Made by a program: the position numbers and the translations under genes. This document shows, piece after piece, positions 23,812 through 37,600 of a stretch of DNA of 40,172 nt (its first letter is position 1; every line of letters starts with the position of its first letter). The notes under the pieces are model-generated. The model was given only the letters and a program-made list of their open reading frames with translations, did no database searches and was not told where the DNA came from. Source of the DNA: Phoronis australis (Eukaryota; Animalia; Phoronida); NCBI GenBank assembly GCA_002633005.1, contig NMRA01000162.1, positions 661,710 through 701,881 of the forward strand, given 5' to 3'.

Positions 23812-24987
23812 AATAGCTCACTTGCGAGTTTCTCGTGAGTCAATGTGACGTCACCGGAAAAGAGCCAAACCCGCCATATTGCTCTTGTTTTGCCCCGAGT
23901 CTTTGCTACACACACTAAGTCTTACTGGAGTTCTTATGGTGTATTTTAAGCTTAAAACGTTAACACAACTTAAGAGATGGTAGATGGATCGTGGGAGAAC
24001 TGTGGATGGACGAAGAAAATGTGAACTTGTTATGTTGTACGAAGGTGTGCGGACTAAAATTGGAACTCAACGCCGGTCTAGGCCTGAATGCCGCAGGCAC
24101 ACAGGGGCGATAGCGTATCCCCATAAGAAGTTACTCACTTCAAAATACAGCAAATAAAATCAAATGAAACAGGCATACATGTATGTGCACATGGAGTTAT
24201 AATTAACACATACATGTACCCTGACTCTGGAAACAATTTGGCCTACAAATAACTTGAACATATCCATGAAAACCTCGCGGTTCGCTCGAGTTTCTCTCAC
24301 TGGGCGCTATTTTATGGAAGTTACGTGAAATTACGCTTGTTGACGAAAAAAACTTCCAAGGGAAACAAATCATACAAATTCCGCTTGATATTTTCTCATG
24401 CTATTTCGCAAGTGCCACGCGCCAGGTCACGCGTCCGGTCTCGCGCTTGGCTCAGTCTCGCGCTGGCCTTTGCCTCATACTCACCTGACTCAGTTGATGT
24501 GGTTATCGCGCACGTGGTCAAAGTTAACAGTAACCACAAAGTGGATTTGGAATTCTTCGCCAAAGTCACCTGAATTCCCGTACCTATCCTTCATCGAAGA
24601 TATGTTTAGAAGCAGAAAGGATCACTGAAGAAACTAAGCGCAGTTTTAGTTGATAATTTTAGATGTAGAATGTATTTTTGACGAGGTAAAAAGTTATCAG
24701 TGAGCGGATTTCGCCTACCGCCCGTTTAAAATACACGGGACGAAATTAGCACAGAATGCGATAGTGCGCATTGTAGTGCGAATCTGAAATTCATTTGCCA
24801 TAACAGCCATGCTTGTGAAGCATTTTTCGAACTAAACGGCTAAAGATTCGAAGAAAATAACAGAATACACCCAGCTACAGTATTGGGCAAATGGCCAAAC
24901 GACAAGCTTTTGCCCCACTTCCCGTGACGTCACAGTTAAGTCTCACATAATCTCGCGTTATTGTTATAAACTTGCAAAAGGACTATT
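23812..24987. mobile_element. Putative CpG-rich non-autonomous DNA element(s) nested in Sola3
   Basis: Imperfect TIRs AATAGCTCACTTGCGAGTTT and (reverse complement) AATAGTCCTTTTGCAAGTTT; GTGACGTCAC near both ends. Confidence 0.4.
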
Positions 24988-25120
24988 CAAACAAAGTAGC
25001 TGTAATACTCACCAGGTCCAAAAAGAAAGAACAAATGCATAGACATTGTTGAGTTCCAGTGGAAGTGAGTTAACTTTTGACATTTCAACCATTGTACCCA
25101 CTCCAGGCTTGGCACGCGAG

Positions 25121-25396
25121 CTACTGCTTACTGAATGGGTGTTTGCACAAACTACTTGATTTCCATAGAATTCCAAGATGAGCCCGGTGTCCTGGCCTTG
25201 CCTTGGACTCAGTCACACAGGTCCGGTGAACACGCATTTTTAAATTGTCGAATCTGGCCAAAATCAGTTGACGCACAGTCTCTAGGTGTAGTGACTTAGT
25301 ACTCACTTGATACTGCATCAAGATTTCACACATGTGCAGAGGATGATCTTTGGATGTCCCGCGCACTTCAACAAACTTCATTATAACCGTTATCAC
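25121..25396 (-). pseudogene. Sola3 transposase N-terminal Cys/His relic
   Basis: QLILAR...PGHRAHLGILWKSSSLCKHPF matches 'ELILAR...CP.HR..LG..W....C.HP'. Confidence 0.7.
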
Positions 25397-26268
25397 TGCA
25401 AGTCAGGATCATCAGCCATTTTGCCACCACTAAAGTGACACCTGTTTTTGGACACTGGATTCACGAAAAACGCGGAATTTTTATGAAAATGGAAAACATA
25501 CCTTAAGCAAATGCGCCTGACCTCAAAACACCAAACTAAATATTAATTAAAGTACTTTTGAATCAAAACTTTGCAGTCTACTGGTGTTGTAGTGTGCGAA
25601 ACAGGTGTCGGTATTGAAGGTGATTTCCAATCAGGTTGTTGTTACAATCTTGCGATTCGTATAGGAAAATTCTCAGCGCACGTGGATTTTATTGTACCAA
25701 TCAACCTCACTGAGATAGAAACGTCTTTTGTAAAAGTCAGCGTTCTGCCAGCTGAGATATACATGTACGGGATGAAAGTGTGGCGAAATTACAATGCTTT
25801 GCTAACCTCTGACCCCTCTATATTTATGCCCGAAATTTTGGACTTAGCGGCGTCTTTGTGAAGGCGAAGACTTGCTATATTTAAAAATTCCAAACAAATT
25901 ATGATCTTGTGCAACGGTATTTTTCTATTTTGCATTGCAAATAAGGCATTTTCGGTGAGTCCATTGCATGGTATACTCCCAAAATAGAGGCTCCTTGATT
26001 TCTCTCCCTTAAGCAAGGTAAAATGAGATTGGAATTTACTGTTTTGCTCATGCACCCACAGGCAACAGAAATGCGTAGTATGTCGCAAGTTCGTGGGTTT
26101 ATCACCCCCGTGCGTATTTTTGCCTGCTGTGAGCGGTACTTCACGCTGGGAGACTGCTTTTCCACTGATTGATTTTTCAATGGATTTAAATGGGTTTCAT
26201 TGACCATGAGCCGATATATTATGCGTAAGAATGGAAGTCTTTGGCCTCCTGCAGCACACATCACGAAT

Positions 26269-26455
26269 TTTTGTCCGACCGGTCGGAAATTGGTCGACAG
26301 CCCGCCGTCGGCCATTCGTCTAGCCGACCAGCAGCCGACCAATAACAGTCCGCTAAGATCCGTCTGCTTAGTCGCCTCTGTGGTCGGTACTTGGGTCGGC
26401 TAAGTGGTCGCCTAGCGTAGACGACCAATTCGGATTAAGCGTGTCCTTGGTCGGT
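26269..26455. repeat. Cluster of CCGACC/GGTCGG motifs (subterminal-repeat-like)
   Basis: About ten copies in both orientations within ~190 bp, GC-rich. Confidence 0.6.
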
Positions 26456-26536
26456 AATTACTATTTTATGACTTAGCGGGTGAACTTTTAGTCGGTGGGC
26501 CAGATCTCATAGCGTTCATCCTTGTGAGTACTTTGG

Positions 26537-26947
26537 NNNNNNNNNNNNNNNNNNNNNNNNNNNNNNNNNNNNNNNNNNNNNNNNNNNNNNNNNNNNNNNN
26601 NNNNNNNNNNNNNNNNNNNNNNNNNNNNNNNNNNNNNNNNNNNNNNNNNNNNNNNNNNNNNNNNNNNNNNNNNNNNNNNNNNNNNNNNNNNNNNNNNNNN
26701 NNNNNNNNNNNNNNNNNNNNNNNNNNNNNNNNNNNNNNNNNNNNNNNNNNNNNNNNNNNNNNNNNNNNNNNNNNNNNNNNNNNNNNNNNNNNNNNNNNNN
26801 NNNNNNNNNNNNNNNNNNNNNNNNNNNNNNNNNNNNNNNNNNNNNNNNNNNNNNNNNNNNNNNNNNNNNNNNNNNNNNNNNNNNNNNNNNNNNNNNNNNN
26901 NNNNNNNNNNNNNNNNNNNNNNNNNNNNNNNNNNNNNNNNNNNNNNN
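26537..26947. other. Assembly gap (411 N)
   Basis: Run of N. Confidence 1.
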
Positions 26948-27619
26948 TTAGGCTACAGATCAGACGGCATGTAAATTTGTTAGGCTGGTGGTGGATCAGT
27001 TCCTGATAAGTCCGTCTCAAAAAGTTGCATGCCAACTCACTCATAGTTGAATGTTAAATTAGTGTTAACAGTTCGGGTTTTTTTTCAGTTGGACTTGTAT
27101 CGCAAGCAACAGCTCAGTCCAGAGCCCTGAATATGCAAATGAAATTCAAAGATAAAGACCTTGTGTCTTAAAAGCCAAGTACCACAGATCATCATGCTAT
27201 AAAAATAGAAAGACAACGATTGTGAAGAGTGACGAATCCACAGTTTTCAGAGGTGTTTTTCTACAGTTTTGTTTAGAGTTCAATGAATCAAAGCTTCTAA
27301 CACAAGGAGATGTCATTTGCCTTTCAGAACTAAAGCGATAATTTGAAGCTGCACTTCAGAAAGATAGTGTGCGTGAAGTTATTTGGGCAGGCAATCTTAA
27401 GATATACATGTATTGTTGAAGCTACTCACTGTTGTAGTTCGTGCCCGACTAAGAGATACGAAAGTGAATTGAGGCTAGTGTTCAATAATTTACTTGCTGA
27501 CTCTAATTAACACAGCCCATTATAACATATTTTGAATCAAGCGTTTGGCCAAATCCTGCCCGCCTCCAAACAAGGACTTAGTGTTTGACCCTCCATTGCC
27601 TGCGGGCCAATCACCAGTG

Positions 27620-27886
27620 TGCAGTGCTATACCCTAACTAATCGGCCATAGTTGGCTCCTTGTCGGTGGAGCTTTGCAGTTAAAATGTATGGCAATGACC
27701 GCATCTCCATTGACAGTGATAAATGATGAATGCTGCAAATGCAAAAAGAACATGTGTGCTGGGAAACTGAGTTTGTGCTGCAATGCTGGGTCAAACTGTA
27801 CAGACATGTGCAGCTGTGACAACTGTAGTAACATCAGCAACACTGACTGCATAGCATTGGATAGTTCTTTGATAAGTCAACCCTAA
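27620..27886 (+). pseudogene. Academ transposase C-terminal Cys-rich zinc finger relic
   Basis: IGHSWLLVGGALQLKCMAMTASPLTVINDECCKCKKNMCAGKLSLCCNAGSNCTDMCSCDNCSN. Confidence 0.8.
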
Positions 27887-30016
27887 ATAGACCTCCAACC
27901 CCGTTATTTCGTTTTTTGGATTAAAACGTTAATTTTATTTGTTGATTAAGTCATAGAAAGTACATACTTTGATCATTGTCATGTATTTGTCTCATACGGC
28001 TTGACAAACGCTGTCAGAATAATCTATTATTTTCATACAGTATGTGTGCACATTCACAGAGATCATTCAACTATATTGTTTTTGTACTATAACGTATTTC
28101 TGGTGTATTATGTTAACAAGCTGTATTTTACACCATTAGTCAATGTTTTAGTCATTGAGGCACAGATTTTGCCCAGTCTCAAGTGTTTTGTGTTATTTTT
28201 GTTGCCAGACAATGCCAAAATAACTTCCTAGTAATATTCAGACTTAGTTTGCATTTTTGCCACTAGGTGTCTCTTTACATTTGTTTAAATTTCACTGTTT
28301 ACAATTAATCTACAATAGTTAAACATGTAATGTGAGTGCAATATTGTTCAATACAACGGCACTGATGGGACCATATTACTTGTTTTACAAAAAGTCACCA
28401 AAACTGTTGTTTTTACAAATATAAGTTTACTAAGCTCTTAGGTGATTATTAGGTAAATTCAAACTCAAATTTCTCAAAAATGTGCAACTTTATATGTGGG
28501 AACTTTTTAGATTTTGTAACCACTATAATAAATGAATTAAAAAACACCATAATAAAATTTCCCCCCTAAAGTACTCACAAAGACCATTTTCTAGAGGCCC
28601 TACAAATTCTGGCCCACCGACTATTTGGCCAAACAAACATTTAACTGTTCGCTGTTCGTTCACCAGTGGCATGTTCGGTCTTGACATCGGTTTATCAACT
28701 TTTGTTCAACTATTTAAAGGAGGTAAAATCGAATCAACCTACAAATACATGTACGAAGTGCGTGACATTACACCAGCCTAAAACTTTACGTTGAATTACT
28801 GACGGCGTGGTAAAATCAAACGTTACGTGATAACGCGGAAGCTTAATTTTTAACTTTTTTATGAGACTTTTTATACAGTACATTATGCATAAAAACAAGC
28901 ACGAAATTTGAAATTTTACAGTAACATTGCATAAAAAATCAGAATACAACACTGGATATCTTACGACCTAAAGTGTTTCCATGCCGCGGAATGCTCAACA
29001 AGCAGCACCCAATTGCGCTCATCCGATATTGCTCTTGGTCATCACTTCATCACGCTGTCTATTGCGCTTTACCTCAGATAATTAGTGTTTATTTCTGTAT
29101 AATTTCTTAATATGTTGGTACAGTAATAGAACCCAAGTTTATTTTAGGAACAACAAATGCAATAGTTTGAACATAGCGCCTATATTAAGATCATGGACGC
29201 GTGAAAACGCAAGAATGCGATCGGATAGTGTCCTCCATCATCCATTATCATTTTGAATTTGTTGTCACTTTCGCTGTAAAAAATCGTTTCGAAGTTAGAG
29301 CCTAGCCAGCTAGCTATTACACAGGTTAAAAAACAACTTCTATCAAATGAATGCATCAATTCTAGTGATCACCAGGGCAAGTCAAAACTCGTCAGGGGGC
29401 GCAATGTCAAACCTTTGGCATAAATCAGTGTTATCAAAATGGATTTAGACCGACGTTTAATCATCAGCAATGTAGACACAACAGTTACAGACACTGACTG
29501 CTTTTGGTTAACGTTTTGTGGCAATGATAAAAATAACTGTTTCTACTATCATTGAAAACAAGTTTTATGAGGTATGATGCAATATGCATGCCTACTATGC
29601 AGATTGGCAGTTGCAAAAATATTTACTGGGTTTAATGAATCCGTTTGTTATGAACCCCTGCAAACTATGATTACTAATTGTACATTCGAAGTACACCTCA
29701 TTAGAATAAAACATACACATGCTTGATGATCTTGGGAGTACCTCTATATTACAGGCAGGAATAAAGATTCAACTAGAGTTGTTAAGCCATGGAGGATAAT
29801 AAGGCTTACATAATATCACACAGCGCCATCTACACCAACTGAAGCATATACAAAGGATACAATATTTCACACAACTACTCATTTTTCAAAGTCATAACTA
29901 CTCATTTTTCATAGCATTACTAAATCACAAACACCTTGATTTACATAAGAAGTTACATAGCACGATTCTACACAACCTGCTCTCCCACATTTATGGAAAA
30001 AAGTAAGTGGAAACAT

Positions 30017-33000
30017 ATATCAGTCCACGGATCCACCGACCCCTGTACAGACAACAAGCGGCAAGGTGGGGAGTCAGCCATTCAGATCCATGTTTAGTCT
30101 GAGGGATGAGAGAAATTGGGTGAAGCATGACACCACAAAGTTTTGTGGTTTAGGATAGACAAGGGGAGTGTTCTGGGGTGCAAAATGAGGCAATTTCTTG
30201 ATGTGGAATGAGTCATTTTTGACCAAATTTTCTACTCCAGTTTCTGCTTCAAAGAGAATAGTTTCTGAACAATTTTGATATCACATGATAGGTTCATAAC
30301 CAATGTCAGTAAAAGCGGCACCGACACTGAAATATCGGTTACCATGGTAACACTGGAACTTTTTCCGTGGAGGTACATTTCCTTCTTATGAAAAACCAGC
30401 AGTAAATTGTACCCTTTTAGCGAAGTTGCCCCCGCGAGAAAACTAAAAATAATAACATGGATATGTAGAAGACTCCATGTCCTTCAAATTAGTACAATAA
30501 AACCTTTATCAGTCCTTCAGGCAGGCTTGGTAATAGGTGTCTGAATTTCATTGTTTTCAGACCGCGTATGTCTCTTTGTTATGTTAATCCAGTCACTAGT
30601 TGTGCGTCGTTTCTACGCATTAATATGCCGTGGTATAATACAACAATTAAAATAATTGGTTTGCTTAAATGTTTTTGATTATTTTTAAGGACACTAGCAT
30701 TTCCCACTAAAATATGAAATTATTCTAAATTTGTTCACCCAACTCGTCTGAATACCAAACTAAAGCTTACAATGCGTTAGTTGAATGATGGCTGACCTAA
30801 AGTGCGGGTTTACGAATTTATCTATTTATCTGACACTGCCAGTCGCATCGATTGTGGTATTTCTACAAATTGCGGAGAGAAACAACTTCGGAAAGTCTTG
30901 AGAAATGCACAAGGAAAAGAGCGAGACATTTGAGCACATTATAAGAGTAAGTGGAGCTGATGTGCCGGTGGAACGTGTCCTTCTGAGAAGTGGTCTGTCT
31001 CAGTGTCTGCCTCGGAGGCAGCTGTGCAGCAGGAGCTACGTACAGTAATCTACCGTATTAGATTCACTTGCCCGAATCATCGTTGCAACACTCGAGATAT
31101 ATTGGCGTCGCCAAAGACACTGAGTACATCCACTGCACACTAGAGGAGACATCTGATTAGAGGTGTGAAAAAACGACCAAAGACGTTAAGTCAAGGTTCA
31201 ACGTCCTGCTTCGTGTGAGCTCAGGTAGGAATCACTAAACTCCAGGGTCTGACCCTGAGGAATATTTAGAAGCACGCCATTCACGCAAAAATACTTTTAT
31301 TGACACACCGTGATTGCTTATAACTTGGGCCTTATTGCTTAATCATATCTTATTCAAATGTGTTGATGCTTATGCAACTATATGTATACATTGGCATAGA
31401 AAATAGGTAGTCATCATAACTTTTCATAACAACCACCAAATGTGTAACATGACTTCTGCCCATGAACTACTTTTAGAGAGTAGGGGAATGTTATGTCTGC
31501 CAATGAATTTCAGCGATTATGAAGTGAATTGAACATGCTAAAGCCGTCAAAAATATTGGTGCCTTCACTTTAGCTTGGTATTCATATTTTCTGAGCCGAA
31601 ATGGCCACATTAAAGTTAATATGTTTAATTTTTTCATTTATACAATTTTAGGAATCAGGAAAGGCTTATGGTGAAGAAGTGGCTTCTGCTGAAGTTGGAG
31701 ACCTGCCGATTATTAGTAAAGGTTGGGTATGGAAAAGTGCACAACCAGCAAGAATGTACCCTTCTGGACAACTAAGTGAGGGGTCTAGAGAGAGGCCGAA
31801 AAGTCTACTCCCAGAAGATATGTCAAAGAGAATTTGTAGTTTGAGGAAAGAGTCCGGGAAAAAGCATTTGCCAAAGATTACTGGCTTATACCACAACAGG
31901 TCCAAAGTAATTTGTTGAGATAGGCCACTCTCAGCAAATGTGGGGAAACTGGGACAGAGGAACTGGAGTATGCATTGAAAGAGGCAATCCGCGATTGTCA
32001 AGGATGTAGCATTGTAAAAATTCAAAGGGAGGAAACAGTACAGTGGCTGGACCTGTAAATACTTTGGCTGATCTGCTAAATCCATTGGGGGCATTATTGT
32101 GTCAGCACAGCTGTTTAGGGAAGTAGGCTTGTGTGTTGTCGCAAGCTTTGTTTCCACCAGAACTGCTTGTGTGAACAGCACAAATCTAAAATTTACCTAG
32201 ACTGAATTTTTGTCTAGGCACGGATCATGATCGTGGGCCACATGGTAATGGTACATTGTTTATTTTGTTTAGCCACTGGATTTTTTGGTCTGACAGGATT
32301 TCTCAGCGTGGCCATCACATTTAGATGATTTCTGACCACTGTACTGTTCCTTTCCTTAAAGATGCGTAATTGATCTGAATATAGGTTTCCCAATTTTATT
32401 TACCATTTAAGATTTTTGTTTGTAAATGGGTATATATTGCTGAAATTTGAGCCCCTGTTGCAGTTAGGCTGGTTTCGTTAACTTATTTTTCTTCCTGGGT
32501 TGTGAACCTTCTGTCCATGAGGTAATAAGTTTTGATATAGACCATTTACCTCTATAAACTTTGCTCAGTTTGTTCCTTATCCAGATGGGAAATGATTTCT
32601 AGAATTGTAGCGAATCGACAGTTTGCTATTCCTTGAGACCATGCTGTATAAAATCACACACTATTAGACTGGTCTCTAGGAATTGCATATTGCCAGATCT
32701 TTCAAAGTTCTGAAATTGCTCAAAAGTGACCTGGAAGTAATACCAATTTCATGATGGTAAAAGGTCTAAATCAAAAGTTGTTTTATGTGATTTTAGGCGA
32801 GTTTATGTCCACTCCAAATGATTTTTTCACAAGGAATATTTTCAACTTAGATGAATTGTCTGTGAGGTAGGCAATTTTCAAATAAGATAATGAATAAAAT
32901 TGTCAAACATTGTTATATTTTCACATGTGATCTTCCAATAAGTGATTACTTTTAAAAAAACCTCTGCAGAATTTGATTTTTACTCTTCATTTAAAGGAAA

Positions 33001-34457
33001 ATAAATCCATAAACCTGCATTGTCTAGAAAATTTACTCAAACTACATATTACAGGATTGGGGATTGGAATCTTAATACAACGGAGTCTGAACCCGTACCA
33101 TGAGCAATACAACACAATACACGGATATAAACATTTGGTGTTTAGGTTCCACGGAAAGGATTCGTGTGCGCGGTAATAGTTACTACGGTGCGTGGTCATT
33201 GTTTGTGGATACTTTGCGATTCCTCTTCTGTGGTTACCCACTGGAAACCTGGTCTCTTAGAGAATAATAGATTAGCATCTTCATTGTTCCCGTTGTTATA
33301 ATAAAGATATAATGACGAGCACTTATCGGCAACGGTCTGATGTACGCAAGGTTCTATACCCATGCGACATGTGTTGTTATATCCAACAATGACACAACAA
33401 TGGAAAACAATGATAGAACCGATGGGCGAAAACCATGTGACGAGTTGCCACGGACAGTGGTGGAGTTTGTCTTGTCATTCGAATGTTTTTAGAGAACTAA
33501 AAACCCGGTATTTCGTCAGGAAAATTTCTGCTGTCTTTTGTTTTACATGTAAGTCGTGGGAAAATTGCGGTCATGCCACCAAACTTATCATTAATTTGAT
33601 ATTAAAATGCATTGCATGAACATTTGATCAACAGAAAATCTGACTTGAATATGTGTGAAGAAATACCCATGAGGAAATTGCAAGGTATTACAATTGTAAA
33701 TCAAAATAACCTACATTTGTCGAGTTCATGTCTAACCTTGTTCACTGTGGAGGACATAATCGGCTTTTTACAAAATGGAGCCATGTGGAGGGGTACTATA
33801 GTCCTAAGTGGTAAGTAGTAAAACGTTCAAAACATTCAGGAGGAACTAACTTGTTGCAAAATATCGAAAACCATGAAGCACAATCGGATTTTACGGTACT
33901 CACGCATCAATCTCAGATATATGAAAATTTCTCATTTTAGTACCATTGAGGTGCCAAAATGTATTTCTAATAAACTGGCAGTTTTTATTTATGCAATGAA
34001 AGTAACATGTTTTGTCAACATTTTGGCTAAGTTTCATTCTCATAGCAGTGGGGGCAGATTTGATACAGCAGTGTACTGAACACAACCTCAAAATGGCATA
34101 ACGGGGGGCAGTGTAGTAAAACTACTAAATGAGGGCGGTAAATCGGAATCGTGTTTCAAGACATTTGTGTAACAATCTATAGGCACCACTAAACAATGCC
34201 AAATGAATAATAAATCAATAGCTTTCATTCAAGGAAAGATGTGAACAGTTAAAACTGGACAGTTTTTATACCGTGAAAACATGGCTGCGAAGCCGTAAAA
34301 TGTGTCTGAGCCTATAACTTTGAAAAAACGCAATATTTTGAGGAACTATTTTACCGCTGTTTATAGATTCTATAGAACTACCCATGTGCCATATTTGGTG
34401 AAAATCGGCTGACCCCCACCTTGCCGCTGGATGGCTGGTGCTCCCGTGGACTAGTAC
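30017..34457 (+). mobile_element. Family A copy 2 (Sola2-like), both TIRs present
   Basis: Left end AGTCCACGGATCCACC...AGCGGCAAGGTGGGGAGTCAGCC; right end GGCTGACCCCCACCTTGCCGCTGGATGGCTGGTGCTCCCGTGGACTAGTAC|TTAA. Inverted homologue of 2917-8430 lacking its ~4465-5030 and ~6316-7320 blocks. Confidence 0.8.
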
Positions 34458-34675
34458 TTAATTACATATATTTTCTATGCAAGATTAAAACCAAGCAAAA
34501 CATGTTAACTCTCCAGGACCAAAAATAAATATCTCAATACCAGAAATTTTACGTAAGCTAGAATTAAAACAATCCAATACATTGAGATTGTTTTCACACA
34601 GAAGACCAAAAACAAATCAAGATCAAAATTCACCACGTCAAGACTGAAAATTTGTCACATCAGCACCTATGATTT

Positions 34676-37600
34676 CCCTAACAAAAAGGAACTTAAGTTT
34701 TTCGCTGAAAACTTAAGTTTTTGGCGAAAAAACTTAAGTTTTAGAGGAAAAACTTAAGTTCTTCCGAAAAACTTAAGTTTTTAAAAGAAACTTAAGTTTT
34801 TAAAACTTAAGTTTTTCGCCAAAAACTTAAGTTTTTCAGCACAATGTTAAGTTTTTCAGAAAACTTAAGTTTTTTCAAGTGTAAAACTTAAGTTTTCACA
34901 AATGAACTTAAGTTTCAAGTAATAACTTAAGTTTTCATGAAAACTTAAGTTTTTTGTATTAACAAAACTTAAGTTTTTCTGATAACTTAAGTTTATCACA
35001 AAACTTAAAATTTTGTAATTTTAAAAACTTAAGTTTTCCTGAATTCTTAAGTTTTTCAGAAAACTGGATTTTTTCATTTGTGGAAAACTAGAATTTTCTA
35101 AAAACTCTAAGGTTTCTATGTGATGAAAATTTACGTTTTCAAGTTTTTAAAATTTGAATATTGTGAGATATTTTATTTTTTGTTCGAATATTTTCCCATT
35201 ATTTTCCAACAAAAAATTATTGTTTGCTCATGCAAAACCCATCATCTCAAAAAATGTTCCCCGAATGTTTCCTTAACCTGGTCAGTACAATGTAATAAAT
35301 TGAACTCATGCAATTCTTAAAAAAACGTAGTTGTTGTGCAAGTTTCCTTTGTGTCGAGTTGTATTCGTAAGGCAGTTTCCACCGGAAGTCAACAGTTTTA
35401 ATTTTAAAAAAGACAGTCAACTTCGAAGAAAAAGTCGTGTGTTGGCTAGTCCGCGACAATGAAGTTTATATTACTACGAGCAGAGCCAGCAAGAAGACAT
35501 TTCAGAAGTTTTGGAAGTCAGGTTAGTGCCAGAGAGCGTTCTAAATTCGATTGGCCACAATCGGTGCTGTGATTTCCAACGAACGTGTTAAGTTCAGTTG
35601 TTTGTCAGCCACTCACGAGTCACGCTGTCACATACCGACATGGACTCATTCTGTGTGTGAATTATCTAAACTTCTAACGCGTAATGTACATCTGGAGGTC
35701 CATCAGGAGAAGCCATAACGTTCACATAAGGCNAGAACTAGACATCCAAACATTTGCATCGAAACAATCACCCAGGGGTGGTATTGGGCTGTTTACATCG
35801 ACATGGCAGGCAGAGCTCTATATGTTTCATTGTTGAGTTAAAAATAGTGCTGCTAACAGGGTTTGAATTTGAAACAATATGAAATATGTCCTTGGTTTAG
35901 GCAATGGGCTTATAATCTTTAACAAGCTCACTGATTCTTGTAACCATTTGTTCAAGTCAATGTAAAGCTTCTTGGTTTTGCTACAAGTTTCAAAAAGTAC
36001 ACGCGGATGTATACATGTCAGATTAAACTTTCAGTTCTAACCCTGGTTGTGCCGGCTAAATGTCCATGAAACATTAGTAAGAAGTTCTATGCTGGCTGGA
36101 GACAGCTAGTTAGAATACAACTAGTTCTGATCATTATGTAGAGTTGTGCATTTTCTTATCAGGTTAACGAATTAAGAAATGAAAAGTTCTTATAAATAAT
36201 GGGAATTGTAGTTTATTGCAGTTGCCTACAGTTTCATCATTTGATAAAAATATTAATTAATTTGTCATAGAACTTGAACTAAAAAGTAACAGAATACGAT
36301 ACCTGGTTAGCCTGAAGTCCAACTTTTATTAACACATTAAGTTTTGTCATATGCACGGTTTGTTCTAGGTTGTGATAGCATGATAGGTGACCATGTGTAT
36401 GTTTTGTATTCAAGTTGTATATAATAAAATTGTTTTGAATGTCGCGAATCCAGGATTAAAACTTCATTCAAAGCAGTTTGTGGAAAACTGACCCACTGCA
36501 GTGAATGCTTGAAGTAAACTTGCAGACAAGTCTTGCACTTGAATCCTGGAGAGTAATTGGTTAAATTTTGTGTTTGAAGACTATTCTAGGCTCTGTATAT
36601 ACTGTAAGTCAGGAAGTTTTACAAATCAGTGTTGTATAAACAGCACGATAAATATCCAGCAAGTTAAGTTGTTTTTTACTGATAGCTTTTACCCATCTGT
36701 TATTAAAATTTGTTGTCTTTATTGCAGAGTGTGCCATCAACAATCGTTGAATAAGGAAGGCTACCCAGACAACGCAACATACGCACTTGCGAACTGCAGC
36801 TCATGAACCTATGAATTCAGTTATCTGAGCTCAGAAACGCGCGTCTGTAGTCACAAAACATGGGTTATTTGCCTGTGAAGCTAAGCGAGCAGATCCAGCT
36901 AAAGAAGATTAAGTGGCTTGTGGTCTACCATCGGGCCCTTTCACATTGAGTTAACTCTTGTCTGAGCAGAGCATCGGCGTATACTGCGAAGTTAACTGGA
37001 CCGTTCATTCTGGCTTCGGTAGTTAATGAACTTCGAAGTAAACAGTAGGTGACGCTGTCGTGATCGAAGGTATCGCAAAGTAGCACTGCACGCTAAGATG
37101 GGACAAGTTGGGAACATTTACATGTGTTAATTGACAAAACTTACTTTTAAATTGATTAGTGATTATTTGAGCAAGGTATAAGCAACTATTAGCTATCACA
37201 CTACTATGCAATTGTTAATGATAACAATGGCCCCTGGCATTAACTTCGATAGGACTGAAGTTGATAGTTTATACGGCGTGGCAGCATTGACGCTCAGCAA
37301 TTAAATCCACCTGTTTACTGCGAAGTTAACTGGCACTGTTAACTTCCTTCCACGACCAAAGTTTAAGCGTTTATACTGACATTAACTCCCAAAAACTTCG
37401 ATGCGTCGATGTTAGTATGAAAGGCCCTATTTGTGTATGAAGTTCAGAAGCTTTAAATTAAAGGAAAATGAATATTTTTGTGGTCAAAGGTCAACGTTTT
37501 CTAATTTCCATCTCGCATAACCAGGTTGTACTTAGGGTTACTTTTAGTGAAACTTGTTCGCACCATGGAGTGTATTGGATTTACTGTTATTATGATGGTC

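Larger units (their letters stand above)
19999..26140 (-). mobile_element. Sola3 family B copy 1, internally deleted, with nested insertions; right boundary approximate
   Basis: TTAA|GAGCATGTTCGCGAATGGACCAGGCAG terminus; 19999-21055 is colinear with 38598-39825. Transposase relics lie on the minus strand. A faint inverted TIR remnant GCCAGCTGAGATAT...CGGGAT is at ~25747-25773. Confidence 0.75.
26489..28623 (+). mobile_element. Internally deleted AcademX DNA transposon
   Basis: Perfect 16-bp TIR TAGTCGGTGGGCCAGA (26489-26504 and 28608-28623), a second shared block TTGTGAGTACTTT, and a TTT TSD. Relics KDLV/KAKYHRSSCYKN, FLQFCLEF...VICLSELK and a C-terminal Cys-rich finger. Confidence 0.85.

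Noticed and set aside
26466-27044. ORFs of 192 and 160 aa
   Set aside because: Artefacts of reading through the N gap.
29646-29871. Possible solo LTR (TGTT...CACA with GCGCCATCTA)
   Set aside because: No TSD, PBS or partner LTR is visible.
34690-35110. CRISPR-like appearance of the palindromic repeat array
   Set aside because: Units are ~14 bp with spacers of only a few bases, there are no cas genes, and the context is eukaryotic TE sequence.
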